Shown here in pieces: positions 1 to 9,727 of a DNA stretch of 35,034 nt. The stretch lies in the NCBI GenBank assembly GCA_047516145.1, contig JAKZVH010000139.1, positions 1 through 35,034 of the forward strand, in the 5' to 3' direction. The DNA comes from Gammaproteobacteria bacterium (GTDB taxonomy: Bacteria; Pseudomonadota; Gammaproteobacteria; Steroidobacterales; Rariloculaceae). Each line of letters begins with the position of its first letter. Position 1 is the stretch's first letter. The notes beneath the pieces are model-generated. The model was given only the letters and a program-made list of their open reading frames with translations. It was not told the origin of the DNA and did no database searches. A program made the position numbers and the translations under genes.

Positions 1-648
1 TACCAGCAGGTAGATGATGTACAGCGCCACCAGGCCCAGCCCGGGTATCAGCGCGCCGACGAACAGGTCGCCCACCGACACGGTATCCGGCGAGAAGATG
101 CCCCGGTCAAGCTGCGACCGGCTGTAGGCGGACGAGAGCACGTCGCCCAGCAGCACCAGGATGATGGACGGTGGGATGATCTGGCCCAACGTTCCGGAGG
201 CGCAGATGGTGCCGGTGGCGGTGGCCGGGTCATAGCCGCGGCGCAACATCGTCGGTAGCGCCAGGAGCCCCATGGTGACCACGGTGGCGCCGACGATTCC
301 CGTGCTCGCCGCCAGCAGCATGCCCACCAGCGTGACTGAAATACCGAGCCCCCCGCGGAGCCGGCCGAACAGGCGGCTCAGGCTGTCCAGCAGGTTTTCG
401 GCGATTTGCGCCCGTTCCAGGGTAACGCCCATGAACACGAACAGCGGTACGGCCATCAACGTCTCGTTGCTCATGATGCCGAAGATCCGGTTGGGCATCG
501 TTCCCAGGAACGCGCCGTCGAAGACGCCCAGCAACATCCCGATCCAGGCAAACATCAGGGCGACGCCGCCCAGGGAGAAGGCCACCGGGTATCCGCCCAG
601 AAGCACCACCACGGCGGCGGCGAACATCAGCAGTGCGACCCACTCCAT
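1..648 (-). CDS. TRAP transporter large permease (DctM family), N-terminal part; 3' end runs off the window
   Basis: Not in the ORF track because there is no stop in the window. Hand reverse-complement from ATG (648-646) reads MEWVALLMFAAAVVVLLGGYPVAFSLGGVALMFAWIG... and stays open to nt 1. The N-terminus is hydrophobic and DctM-like. It starts 4 nt after the stop of the DctQ-like gene. Confidence 0.8.
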   Translation of the reverse strand, partial: MEWVALLMFAAAVVVLLGGYPVAFSLGGVALMFAWIGMLLGVFDGAFLGTMPNRIFGIMSNETLMAVPLFVFMGVTLERAQIAENLLDSLSRLFGRLRGGLGISVTLVGMLLAASTGIVGATVVTMGLLALPTMLRRGYDPATATGTICASGTLGQIIPPSIILVLLGDVLSSAYSRSQLDRGIFSPDTVSVGDLFVGALIPGLGLVALYIIYLLV

Positions 649-652
649 CGGA

Positions 653-1195
653 TCACTTCACCGGCGGCATGCCGGGCCCCGCTTTCGGCTCGATCGCCCC
701 GGTGAGCACGAGCACGGCGCCGATCAGGTCGGCAATGCCCTGCAGGATCAGCATCGCCGCCGTGGCCGGGATCAGGCTCTTGAGAAAGGGTACGAACGGG
801 TAGGGTAGCCCGCCGGCCTCGCGTGAGGCCTCGCCGATGGCCCAGGAGGTGAGTACATAGTCCATGCTTGAGATGGCGATGAACGTCGCCAGCGGCAGCA
901 GGAAGATAACCGTACCTGCAATGTTCACCCAAGCCTGGCGGTCGGCGGGCATGCGCCTGTAGAAGATATCCACGCGAACGTGCTCGTCGCGCTTCAGCGT
1001 ATAGCTTGCCCCCAGCATGAACACCATCGCGTGCATCCACACGATGCTTTCCTGCATCGCGATCCAGCCGAGGTCGAAGACGTAGCGCAGCACCACGATC
1101 ACGAAGGTCCCGAGCACCATCAGCACGGTCAGCCAAGCCATGATCGAGCCCGAGACTTCGCTGAATCGTTCGAGCGTCGCTTTCAGTCGTTGCAT
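653..1195 (-). CDS. TRAP transporter small permease (DctQ family)
   Basis: 180-aa ORF with about 4 hydrophobic segments (..VLRYVFDLGWIAMQESIVWMHAMVFMLGASYTLKRDEHVRVDIFY..), typical of DctQ. It lies directly upstream of the DctM-like ORF. Confidence 0.8.
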   Translation of the reverse strand: MQRLKATLERFSEVSGSIMAWLTVLMVLGTFVIVVLRYVFDLGWIAMQESIVWMHAMVFMLGASYTLKRDEHVRVDIFYRRMPADRQAWVNIAGTVIFLLPLATFIAISSMDYVLTSWAIGEASREAGGLPYPFVPFLKSLIPATAAMLILQGIADLIGAVLVLTGAIEPKAGPGMPPVK

Positions 1196-1260
1196 GTCGG
1201 TTGCATCGGATCAGTTGGTTACGTTCAGTGCAGCGACCGCCGGACTTACGCCACGGGCGG

Positions 1261-1584
1261 CTAGTTGCGAGCCGACTTTTCCAGACGGTTCAAGAATACG
1301 TTCATCTCCCTGGCCGCCTGGACGTCGCCGCGCTCACTCGCCACGCGGATTCCGCGCCGAAAACTCTCCATGGCCTGTTCATCGAGCCCGGCATCGGTCT
1401 GTGCCCGCCCCAGCATTTTCCACGCCGCCGAATAGGTCGGCTCCAGTACCACGGCCGCTCCCAGGTGCTCGGCGGCACTGGCGGGATCATCGCTCTTCAA
1501 GTACTCGCAACCGAGCGCGTACCGCAGGCTCGCGCTGTCGCCGCCGCGCGCCAGTATAGCCTCCAGGCGTTGCACCATGCTCAT
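1261..1584 (-). CDS. small TPR-repeat protein (about 107 aa)
   Basis: The track ORF 1261..1695 overlaps trkH. The likely start is the internal ATG at 1584 (MSMVQRLEAIL...), 1 nt after the trkH stop (1586-1588). TPR-like helical pattern: ..LGCEYLKSDDPASAAEHLGAAVVLEPTYSAAWKMLGRAQ.. Confidence 0.7.
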   Translation of the reverse strand: MSMVQRLEAILARGGDSASLRYALGCEYLKSDDPASAAEHLGAAVVLEPTYSAAWKMLGRAQTDAGLDEQAMESFRRGIRVASERGDVQAAREMNVFLNRLEKSARN

Positions 1585-1585
1585 G

Positions 1586-3040
1586 TCACGGCCGCCAGAA
1601 CGTGGGGGTGAACAGCACCAGCAACGTGAATATCTCCAGCCGGCCCAGGAGCATCGCGCAGACGGCCGCCCATTTTCCCACCACGCCGACGCCACCGAAC
1701 CCCGATGCCACCTCGCCCAGCCCGGGACCCAGGTTGTTCAGCGTCGCCGCCACGCCCGCGAAGGCCGACACCTGGTCCAGTCCGGCGGCGATCAGGATCA
1801 GGAGCAGGACGCCCAGCACCACGATGTAGACGGCAAAGAATCCCCAGACCGCATCCACAACTCGCTGGGGCACGGCCTTCGAGCCCAGTTTGACCGGGGT
1901 TTCGGCGCTGGGGTGGACGAGGCGCTGTACCTCCCTGAGCCCCTGCCGGTACAGGAGCAACCAGCGGATCACCTTCATGCCGCCGGCTGTCGATCCGGCG
2001 CAGCCGCCGATGAAACTGGACAGGATCAATATTACGGGCAGGGCGCCGGGCCATGAGGCGAAATCCGCGGTGGTGAAGCCGGTGGTGGTAGCGATGGAAA
2101 CCGTCTGAAAGAGGCCCTTCGTGAGGGTCTCCGACAGCGTCGGATAGTACCCCACCCAATAGAGGTACACGAGAACGGCCCCGATCAATCCGCCGAGCAA
2201 CTTCGCGTAGGCGCGAAACTCCGGGTCGTGAGGGTAGTGACGCAACGAGCGGTGGCGCCAGGCCATGAAATGCAGCGAAAAGTTGATTCCGGCGATGAAC
2301 ATGAATGCCACGGCGACCAGTTCCACTGCCACGCTGTCGAAGTAACCGATGCTTTGGTCATGGGTGGAAAAACCGCCGATTGCGACGGTGCTGAAGGCAT
2401 GGCAGATCGCGTCGAACAGGCCCATGCCGGCGAGCCAGTACGCCAGCGCGCAGAGCACGGTGATCCCGAGATAGACATACCATAGCGCCTTGGCCGTTTC
2501 GGTAATCCGCGGCGTCAGCCGGGTATCCTTGACCGGCCCGGGGGTTTCCGCCCGGTAGAGCTGCATGCCACCGACACCGAGCATGGGCAGCACGGCCACC
2601 GCGAGGACGATGATGCCCATCCCGCCGAACCACTGCAGTTGTTGACGGTAGAAGAGAATCGATTCCGGCAATTCATCGAGCCCCGTCAATACCGTCGCCC
2701 CGGTGGTCGTGAGCCCCGACATGGATTCGAAGACGGCGTCGGTGAAGCTGAGCTGGGGATTGCCGGTCAGCAACAGCGGCGCCGAGCCGAACAGGCCGAG
2801 CACAACCCAGAAGGCGGCGACAACGAGGAACCCATCCCGCAAACGCAGTTCGCGGGTCTGTTCCCGCACCGGCCACCAAATGGCGATCCCGGAACCGAGA
2901 ATAACCAGGAAGGAACCGGCGAAGGCGGCCCACTGGCCGTCGGCGAAGACCAGGGACACGATGATCGGCAGCAGCATGGCGGCGCTGAACATCGCCAGGA
3001 GCAGGCCGAGAACGCGTTGGACCGCGGATCTAGCCCGCAT
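1586..3040 (-). CDS. trkH: Trk-type K+ uptake membrane subunit TrkH
   Basis: 484-aa polytopic membrane ORF with TrkH-like repeats (..MSGLTTTGATV.., ..TVAIGGFSTHD.., ..SIATTTGFTT.., ..AATLNNLGPGLG..). It lies immediately downstream of trkA. Confidence 0.93.
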   Translation of the reverse strand: MRARSAVQRVLGLLLAMFSAAMLLPIIVSLVFADGQWAAFAGSFLVILGSGIAIWWPVREQTRELRLRDGFLVVAAFWVVLGLFGSAPLLLTGNPQLSFTDAVFESMSGLTTTGATVLTGLDELPESILFYRQQLQWFGGMGIIVLAVAVLPMLGVGGMQLYRAETPGPVKDTRLTPRITETAKALWYVYLGITVLCALAYWLAGMGLFDAICHAFSTVAIGGFSTHDQSIGYFDSVAVELVAVAFMFIAGINFSLHFMAWRHRSLRHYPHDPEFRAYAKLLGGLIGAVLVYLYWVGYYPTLSETLTKGLFQTVSIATTTGFTTADFASWPGALPVILILSSFIGGCAGSTAGGMKVIRWLLLYRQGLREVQRLVHPSAETPVKLGSKAVPQRVVDAVWGFFAVYIVVLGVLLLILIAAGLDQVSAFAGVAATLNNLGPGLGEVASGFGGVGVVGKWAAVCAMLLGRLEIFTLLVLFTPTFWRP

Positions 3041-3066
3041 CGCTTTTCAGACCTCTGTTGGGGTTG

Positions 3067-4431
3067 CTAGGCAACTTCGAACAGGAGTTCCACTTCATCG
3101 ATCTGCCGACGGTCGGTCACGAACAGGATGACGTGATCGTCGGCCTCTATGACGGTGTCGTGGTGCGCTACCAACACATCGTCGCCACGCACGATGGCGC
3201 TGATTGTCGCGCCGCGGGGCAGGTGAATCTGCTCGATGGCCCGCCCGACAACCCGCGATCCACGGTAGTCGCCGTGAGCGACGGCCTCGATTGCCTCGGC
3301 GGCGCCATGCCGGAGCGAGTGAACCTTCACCACGTCGCCCCGACGCACGTGCGCGAGCAATGAGCCGAGGGTGATCTGCTGGGGTGAGATCGCGATGTCG
3401 ATGGTGCCCGCGGCGACCAGTTCCGCGTACGCCGGCTTGTTGATCAGTGCCATGACCTTGTGAGCGCCCAGCCGTTTCGCGAGCATGGCGGAAAGGATAT
3501 TGGCTTCCTCGGCATCGGTGACGGCGACGAAGACGTCCGCGCGGTCGATATTTTCCTCCAGCAGGAGATTCTCATCGGTGGCGTCGCCGTGCAGGACAAT
3601 GGCCTTGTCGAGCCGTTCCGAGATGCGCCGCGCCCGTTGGTAGCTGCGTTCGATGACCTTGACCTGGTTGGTATCCTCGAGCGTCTCCGCAAGCCTCATG
3701 CCGACGTTGCCGCCGCCCGCGACCACGACACGGCGGATGGGGTCGTCCGGCCTGCGCACTTCGCTGAGCACGGCCTGGATATCCTTGCGCGCGGCGACGA
3801 AGAATACCTCGTCGTCCTCCATTACCACCGTATCCCCATTCGGCGTCATGCTCTTCCCGTCGCGGTAAATGGCCGCCACGCGGCATTCGACATTGGGTAT
3901 GTGCTCGGGCAGTTCGCGCAGCGGTCGTCCGATCAGGGCGCCGCCCTCGTGGGCCCTGGCCGCCACCAGCCTCACCCGGCCGCCGGAAAATTCCAACACC
4001 TGCAAGGCGCCCGGGAAGTGGATCAGTTCGTTGATGTGCGCGGTGACCAGTTCTTCGGGGCTGATGATGATATCCACGGGGATGCCGTCGGGCCGGAAGA
4101 GCGTCGTGTGTCGGGCGTATTCGACGGCGCGGATCCTCGCAATCTTGCGGGGTGTCCCGAACAGGCTTGCAGCCACCTGGCAGGCCACCATGTTGATCTC
4201 GTCGCTGTTGGTCAGCGCGATGAGCATTTCCGCCTCCCTCGCCCCGGCACGCTCGAGCACGTCGGGGTGGGCGGCGTGACCGAGGACGGTGCGCGCGTCC
4301 AGCCGTTCCTGAAACTCGCGCAGCACGTCGGGATTGTGGTCGACGATGGTGACTTCGTTGGCTTCTTCCCGGGCCAGGCTGTACGCCGCCGTGGTGCCCA
4401 CCTGTCCCGCGCCCAGAATCAAGATTTTCAT
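3067..4431 (-). CDS. trkA: Trk system K+ uptake NAD-binding subunit TrkA
   Basis: 454 aa with two Rossmann/RCK modules (MKILILGAGQVGTT.. and ..VVVAGGGNVGMRLA..). Adjacent to trkH. Confidence 0.93.
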   Translation of the reverse strand: MKILILGAGQVGTTAAYSLAREEANEVTIVDHNPDVLREFQERLDARTVLGHAAHPDVLERAGAREAEMLIALTNSDEINMVACQVAASLFGTPRKIARIRAVEYARHTTLFRPDGIPVDIIISPEELVTAHINELIHFPGALQVLEFSGGRVRLVAARAHEGGALIGRPLRELPEHIPNVECRVAAIYRDGKSMTPNGDTVVMEDDEVFFVAARKDIQAVLSEVRRPDDPIRRVVVAGGGNVGMRLAETLEDTNQVKVIERSYQRARRISERLDKAIVLHGDATDENLLLEENIDRADVFVAVTDAEEANILSAMLAKRLGAHKVMALINKPAYAELVAAGTIDIAISPQQITLGSLLAHVRRGDVVKVHSLRHGAAEAIEAVAHGDYRGSRVVGRAIEQIHLPRGATISAIVRGDDVLVAHHDTVIEADDHVILFVTDRRQIDEVELLFEVA

Positions 4432-4491
4432 AGTGGGATGATGCGTGAACCGGCGGTCGCAGCGGGAGATTGGTGGAACATCCCGGCTAGT

Positions 4492-6657
4492 TTACATCAG
4501 CTCCAGCCTGGCGTAGGCGAGGACCAGCCACTTGGTCCCGGCGGTTTCGAAGTTTACCTGCACTCGGGCGTGGGACCCGCTGCCCTCCCAGTCGAGTACC
4601 ACACCATCGCCGAACTTGCCGTGGCGCACGCGCTGGCCGAGGCGCATGGGAGCGGCAGCCTGGCGGTCGCGCTCGCGATAGGGGTCGCGGCGATAGACCG
4701 GCCTGGTCACGGATATCCGCTGGCCCGTCTCTTCCAGCAGGTTGCGGGGGATCTCGCGGATGAATCGCGAGGGTGACGTGAACCGGTTCTGGCCGTGCAG
4801 GCGGCGTTGTTCCGCGTGGGTCAGGTAGAGCTTGCGCTGCGCTCGGGTCAGGCCCACGTAACACAGCCGCCGCTCCTCCTCCAGCCCGTCGGCGTCTTCG
4901 ATCGAGCGTTGATGGGGGAACAGGCCTTCCTCCAGGCCGCAGAGGAATACCATGGGAGACTCCAGGCCCTTGGCCGAGTGCAGGGTCATGAGCTGGACCG
5001 CCTCCTCGTCGGACTGTGCCTGTGCTTCACCGGATTCGAGCACCGCATAGGACAGGAATTCGGCAAGAGGGGACATCTCGGAATCGTCGTCGCGTATCAG
5101 CCCGAGGGCGGCGTTCACCAACTCCTCCAGGTTCTCGACACGAGCCTCTCCGCTGATATTGCCGTCGCGGCCATGATGGGCGATCAGGCCACTGGCCTGC
5201 GTGACCACGTGGACCTGCTCGTGCAGGACCAGGTGCTCGGTATCGTCGTCCAGCTTGTTCACCAGTTCCAGGAAGAGGCCCAGCGCACGGCTTGAGCGTG
5301 CCGGCAGCTCCCTGCCGCTTGCGCACGCCTGGGCGCTGGACCACAGGCTCGATCCGGTGCGAAGCGCGTTGGCTCGGACAGGTTCCATGGTCTTCGCGCC
5401 AATGCCCCGGGGCGGCGTGTTGACCACGCGTTCGAAGGATGTGTCGTCGTGGCGGTTCGCGATGAGGCGCAGGTAGGCGAGCGCATCCTTGATTTCGGCG
5501 CGTTCGAAGAATCGCAGGCCGCCATAGACTCGGTAGGGGATGCCGGCGGCCAGCAACGACTCTTCGAACACCCTCGATTGCGCGTTGGATCGGTACAGTA
5601 CCGCCGCCTCGTCGCGGCGGTGGCCACGGGTCATGAAGTCACGGATGCGCTCGACTACGAATTCGGCTTCGTCGCGCTCATTGAGCGCGGCGTAGAGCGT
5701 GATGGGTTCTCCCGCCTGACCCTCCGTCCAGAGTTTCTTCCCCAATCGGGCCGTGTTGTTGAGAATGATGGCATTGGCGGCGTTGAGAATATTCCCCGTC
5801 GAGCGGTAGTTCTGTTCCAGGCGCACCACGCGTGCGCCCGGGAAGTCCCGCTGGAATCCGTGCAGGTTCTCCACCCGCGCGCCACGCCAGCGGAAAATGG
5901 ACTGGTCGTCGTCGCCCACCACGAACGGCGCTCCCTCCGAACCGGCCAGGAGCCGCATCCACCGGTACTGGATCGCGTTGGTGTCCTGGAACTCGTCCAC
6001 CAGCACGTGCTCGAACCGAGCCTGGTACTGTTCGCGCAGCTCGGTGCGCTGCTCGAGCAATTCCAGCGCCCGCAGCAGCAACTCGCCGAAGTCCACCACC
6101 GATGCCGCGGCGCACTGCTTCTCATACCGCGCATAGAGGTCGATAATTTTTTGGCGCAGCGTGCTGCCCTCGTCAGGAACCCGGTCCGGGCGCAGGCCCT
6201 CGTCCTTTTGCCGGTTGATGAACCACTGGATCTCGCGTGGCGGAAAGTCGTTCTCATCCAGGCTCAGGCTCTTGAGCATGCGGCGGATCAGGAGCAATTG
6301 GTCCCCGGAATCGATGATCTGGAATCCTTCCGCGAGCCCTGCTTCGCGCCAGTGAATTCTCAGCAGCCGGTGCGCCAGGCCATGGAACGTGCCGACCCAG
6401 AAGTGCCGCGTGGGAAAACGCAGCAGGGCTTCGATGCGATGTCGCATTTCCCAGGCGGCCTTGTTGGTGAAGGTTACCGCGAAGAGATGTTGGGGGAGGA
6501 CGTTCTCGACCAGGATCAGCCAGGCGATCCGGTGGACCAGTACCCGGGTCTTGCCGCTGCCCGCGCCCGCCAGCACGAGGATCGGATGCCCGGGCGCGGC
6601 CGTCACCGCTTCCCTCTGGGCATCGTTCAGCGGATCGATGATCGCGGTGACGTCCAT
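4492..6657 (-). CDS. uvrD: ATP-dependent DNA helicase II (UvrD family)
   Basis: 721 aa. SF1 helicase motifs are present (..LVLAGAGSGKTRVLVHRIAWL.., ..VLVDEFQDTN.., ..LEQNYRST..). The C-terminal ..GQRVRHGKFGDGVVL.. tail and the length fit UvrD rather than Rep. Confidence 0.9.
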   Translation of the reverse strand: MDVTAIIDPLNDAQREAVTAAPGHPILVLAGAGSGKTRVLVHRIAWLILVENVLPQHLFAVTFTNKAAWEMRHRIEALLRFPTRHFWVGTFHGLAHRLLRIHWREAGLAEGFQIIDSGDQLLLIRRMLKSLSLDENDFPPREIQWFINRQKDEGLRPDRVPDEGSTLRQKIIDLYARYEKQCAAASVVDFGELLLRALELLEQRTELREQYQARFEHVLVDEFQDTNAIQYRWMRLLAGSEGAPFVVGDDDQSIFRWRGARVENLHGFQRDFPGARVVRLEQNYRSTGNILNAANAIILNNTARLGKKLWTEGQAGEPITLYAALNERDEAEFVVERIRDFMTRGHRRDEAAVLYRSNAQSRVFEESLLAAGIPYRVYGGLRFFERAEIKDALAYLRLIANRHDDTSFERVVNTPPRGIGAKTMEPVRANALRTGSSLWSSAQACASGRELPARSSRALGLFLELVNKLDDDTEHLVLHEQVHVVTQASGLIAHHGRDGNISGEARVENLEELVNAALGLIRDDDSEMSPLAEFLSYAVLESGEAQAQSDEEAVQLMTLHSAKGLESPMVFLCGLEEGLFPHQRSIEDADGLEEERRLCYVGLTRAQRKLYLTHAEQRRLHGQNRFTSPSRFIREIPRNLLEETGQRISVTRPVYRRDPYRERDRQAAAPMRLGQRVRHGKFGDGVVLDWEGSGSHARVQVNFETAGTKWLVLAYARLELM

Positions 6658-6692
6658 GCCGAATTCAGAATGTTCGGACGTGCCAGTCCAGG

Positions 6693-7607
6693 CTACTCCG
6701 GCCAGAAGGTGGGGATATAGTGGTCGAGAAGCAGGAAACTGAAGAGCGCCGCCAGATAGGCGATGGAATAGCTGAAGGTCTGCATCGCGATCTTGCCGTC
6801 ATCGGCGAATTTCAGGCGAATCCCGTGATAGAGAAACCCCCCGCCCAGCAGCAGCGCGGCAAATAGATAGAGCACGCCGCTCATTCCCGTGAGATAGGGC
6901 AGCACGGACACCGGAACGAGCAGGCTCGTGTAGTACAGGACGAAGGACTTGGTGAATTCCGGGCCGTGGGTCACCGGAAGCATGGGCACGCCGGCCCGTT
7001 CGTAGTCGTCCTTTCGGGCCACGGCCAGCGCCCAGAAGTGCGGTGGCGTCCATGTGAATATGATCAGGAACAGCAGCAGGGCGTAGCCGCTGACCTCGTT
7101 GGTGACAGCGGTCCAGCCCAGCACCGGCGGCGCGGCGCCTGCGGCCCCGCCGATCACGATGTTCTGGGGCGTGGCTCGTTTCAGGTAGACCGTGTATACG
7201 AGGGCGTATCCGACGACGGAGATCAGCGTGAGTACCGCTGTCAGCGGATTGACCAGCAGTGCCAGAATGCCGATTCCGGTCAGACCCAGCGCAAGCGCAA
7301 AGGAGACTGCGTCCCGCTCGTCGATGCGCCCCATGGGCAGCGGACGGCGGCGAGTCCGCGACATCTTCGCGTCCAGGCGCCGGTCGAGAACGTGGTTGAG
7401 CGCGGCGGCGCTTGCCGAGGCAAGGCCGATGCCGAGGCTCGCAAAGAGCAGAATCGGCCAGGTCACCATACCCGGCCGTGCCAGAAACATGCCCACGATG
7501 GCCGTAAACACCAGTAGCGCCAGTACGCCCGGCTTGGTCAGTGCGTAGTAGTCCCGCCAGTTGGCCGGCACTCGTTCAACCGCGATGTCGAATTCTTTGG
7601 TTTGCAT
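6693..7607 (-). CDS. ctaB: protoheme IX farnesyltransferase (heme O synthase)
   Basis: 304 aa UbiA-family prenyltransferase (..ALNHVLDRRLDAKMSRTRRRPLP.., ..WTPPHFWALA..). Follows the heme A synthase gene. The annotated ATG overlaps ctaA by 32 nt; an alternative GTG at 7571 would remove the overlap. Confidence 0.9.
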   Translation of the reverse strand: MQTKEFDIAVERVPANWRDYYALTKPGVLALLVFTAIVGMFLARPGMVTWPILLFASLGIGLASASAAALNHVLDRRLDAKMSRTRRRPLPMGRIDERDAVSFALALGLTGIGILALLVNPLTAVLTLISVVGYALVYTVYLKRATPQNIVIGGAAGAAPPVLGWTAVTNEVSGYALLLFLIIFTWTPPHFWALAVARKDDYERAGVPMLPVTHGPEFTKSFVLYYTSLLVPVSVLPYLTGMSGVLYLFAALLLGGGFLYHGIRLKFADDGKIAMQTFSYSIAYLAALFSFLLLDHYIPTFWPE

Positions 7608-8592
7608 TCAAAACTGCCAATAGCAAAAGCGCAGCCACCGCGTTGTGGGCGACGGCCACCGCCAGGGGGACGCCGTAGAGGATGATGCTCGCGCCGAGTA
7701 TCAATTGGGCCCCGAGCGTGCTCAAGAGCGCAATGCCGTCCGGCCTCAACCCGGTGCGGCGCACCATCATCCATCCCAGCACCAGCAGGCACACGGCCGC
7801 CACGACGGCGCCCAGGCGATGACTGAAGTGGATGGCGACCCGAGGCGGATTGTCCAGTACTCCACCCTCGTAGTCTACGCCCAGTTCCCGCCATAACACG
7901 AAACCTTCCCGAAAATCGGCGACCGGCGGCCACCAGCGCGTCTGGCAGGTGGGAAAATCCGGGCAGGCCAGCGCGGCATAGTTGGCGCTCGTCCAGCCGC
8001 CCAGGGCGATTTGCGCGATCAGCACCGCGGCCCCTGCAAGTGCGAGGCGCCGCAGCGCTGGCGAACCGGCGCCGGGATCGGATGCGGGCCGCTGCCGCCA
8101 CTCCCCGAGCCAGAACAGCAATCCCAACGTCGCCAGACCGCCCAGCAGGTGCGCCAGTACGATAACCGGCTGCAGCAGCAGCGTGACGGTCCACATCCCC
8201 AACAGTCCCTGGAAGGTCACGAGGGCGAGCAGTACGAAGGGCAGGCGCGTCGGCTGGGTCGGGTCGCGCCGATTCGACCACGCGAGACCGGCCAGGATCA
8301 GACAGATCAAGCCCAGGCTCGTCGCCAGGTAGCGGTGGATCATCTCCCGCCAGGCCTTGCCCACATCCAGGGGGCGTTCCGGGAAAGCCTCTGCGGCCTC
8401 CGCGGCACTCTCGGTGACGATGAGCCGGCCGTAGCAGCCGGGCCAATCGGGGCAACCCAATCCGGCGTCCGTCAACCGCACCCACGCGCCGATGACGACC
8501 ACCAGCAGAGCCAAAAGCATGCCCCCGCGGGCCAGCAGCAGAAACGTGTTCTTCAAGGCGATTTTTCCATGCCTGTCGCGCGTGCCGGCCAC
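7576..8592 (-). CDS. ctaA: heme A synthase (COX15/CtaA family)
   Basis: 338-aa membrane protein with conserved His-containing helices (..MIHRYLATSLG.., ..LAHLLGGLATL.., ..IHFSHRLGAVV.., ..VAHNAVAALLL..). Paired with ctaB. Confidence 0.88.
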   Translation of the reverse strand: MAGTRDRHGKIALKNTFLLLARGGMLLALLVVVIGAWVRLTDAGLGCPDWPGCYGRLIVTESAAEAAEAFPERPLDVGKAWREMIHRYLATSLGLICLILAGLAWSNRRDPTQPTRLPFVLLALVTFQGLLGMWTVTLLLQPVIVLAHLLGGLATLGLLFWLGEWRQRPASDPGAGSPALRRLALAGAAVLIAQIALGGWTSANYAALACPDFPTCQTRWWPPVADFREGFVLWRELGVDYEGGVLDNPPRVAIHFSHRLGAVVAAVCLLVLGWMMVRRTGLRPDGIALLSTLGAQLILGASIILYGVPLAVAVAHNAVAALLLLAVLNANQRIRHRG

Positions 8593-8800
8593 GGTGTCTA
8601 TCGGTGTCGTTTCAAGCTCCCGGACCGGTCGGAAGCAGGCGGCGCCACCGGGCGGGGTGCCCTCGGTCCGGGGCGCGCATTATACCAGTGAGCCGGCCGG
8701 GATTTGCCGCTGACTCAGCACCTTCTCGGGTCTACGCCGATATTGCATCGGGACGCAGGACGATGGCGCTGCCCACGGTTGTCCGGTGCAATCCCGGGGG

Positions 8801-9700
8801 TTAGTCTCGTTGACGGAGATTCCGGGTCAATTCCTCCACTGAGATGCTGATCGGGCCGCCGCCCGGCGGTGAGCGGCGGCGTGGAGAAATACCTCCCCAG
8901 GCCTGACCGAATATCAGTTCCACGCTCATCGACAGCCGGTCCGCCGTGCGCTGCGCTTCCAGCCGGTCGCAGAAGGCCTGCCACCGCGCCCGGCCGGTAA
9001 GCCCCGTGCGCCGGCCATGCGCGACGTTGGTGGCGCCGCAGGCCCGCAGGTCCGCGACCAGGCCGTCGAGGCCGGTGTAGGTCACCTGGAGACGGTCCAC
9101 GTCCATGACCGGTTCCGCCAGCCCGGCGCGACTCGCCATGTCGCCGAGATCGTGCATGTCGGCAAAACCGTGGACGTGCACTCCATCGTCAACTTCGGAC
9201 CACGCCCAGCGCAGTTCCTGGAGCGTATCCGGGCCCACCGTGGTAAACATCAGCAGCCCGCCGTCCCGCAGCACGCGAGCGGCTTCGCCGAACACCTCGC
9301 GGGGATCGCACCAGGGCAGCAGCAGATTGGCAAAAATCAGGTCGATGCTTGCATCCGCGAACGGCAGTTTTTCGGCGTCGCCGTTGACCGCGGCGACCCG
9401 GCCCAGGTGCTCGCAGCGACCCCGCGCGCGTTCGGCCATCTGCCAGCACAGGTCCGTGGCCAGAATGCGCGCCTCCGGGTACATCGCGGCGAGGTCCGCG
9501 CTCGCCTTGCCGGTGGCGGCGCCCAGATCCAGCACGCGACGCGGTTCGAGCTTGAACAACGGCAGGCGCGCGAGCAAACGCGTGCGCGCTTCCGCGTGCA
9601 CGGCGTCGGCGTCGGCGTCGGCGTCGTCAAAGGTGGCGCTGGCCCGGCTGAACTGCTTCAGGGCGGCACGTTTATCCGGCAATCCGAAGGTGGGTTGCAT
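8801..9700 (-). CDS. bioC: malonyl-[ACP] O-methyltransferase BioC
   Basis: 299 aa class I SAM-MTase (..VLDLGAATGKAS.., ..FADASIDLIFANLLLPW..). BioC-like N-terminus (..ALKQFSRASATFD..). Lies directly downstream of bioB. Confidence 0.8.
   Translation of the reverse strand: MQPTFGLPDKRAALKQFSRASATFDDADADADAVHAEARTRLLARLPLFKLEPRRVLDLGAATGKASADLAAMYPEARILATDLCWQMAERARGRCEHLGRVAAVNGDAEKLPFADASIDLIFANLLLPWCDPREVFGEAARVLRDGGLLMFTTVGPDTLQELRWAWSEVDDGVHVHGFADMHDLGDMASRAGLAEPVMDVDRLQVTYTGLDGLVADLRACGATNVAHGRRTGLTGRARWQAFCDRLEAQRTADRLSMSVELIFGQAWGGISPRRRSPPGGGPISISVEELTRNLRQRD
9602..9625. repeat. perfect hexanucleotide tandem repeat (GGCGTC)x4 inside bioC
   Basis: Read directly: ggcgtc at 9602, 9608, 9614 and 9620. 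On the minus strand it encodes the DADADADA run in the BioC N-terminus. Confidence 0.95.
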
Positions 9701-9727
9701 GGTCGGCTCAGCCGGCCGATACGCGGG

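Noticed and set aside
6658-6692. Looked for a LexA/SOS box (CTG-N10-CAG) upstream of uvrD
   Set aside because: No match was found in the 35-nt gap or in the adjacent ctaB 3' end, so no regulatory call is made.
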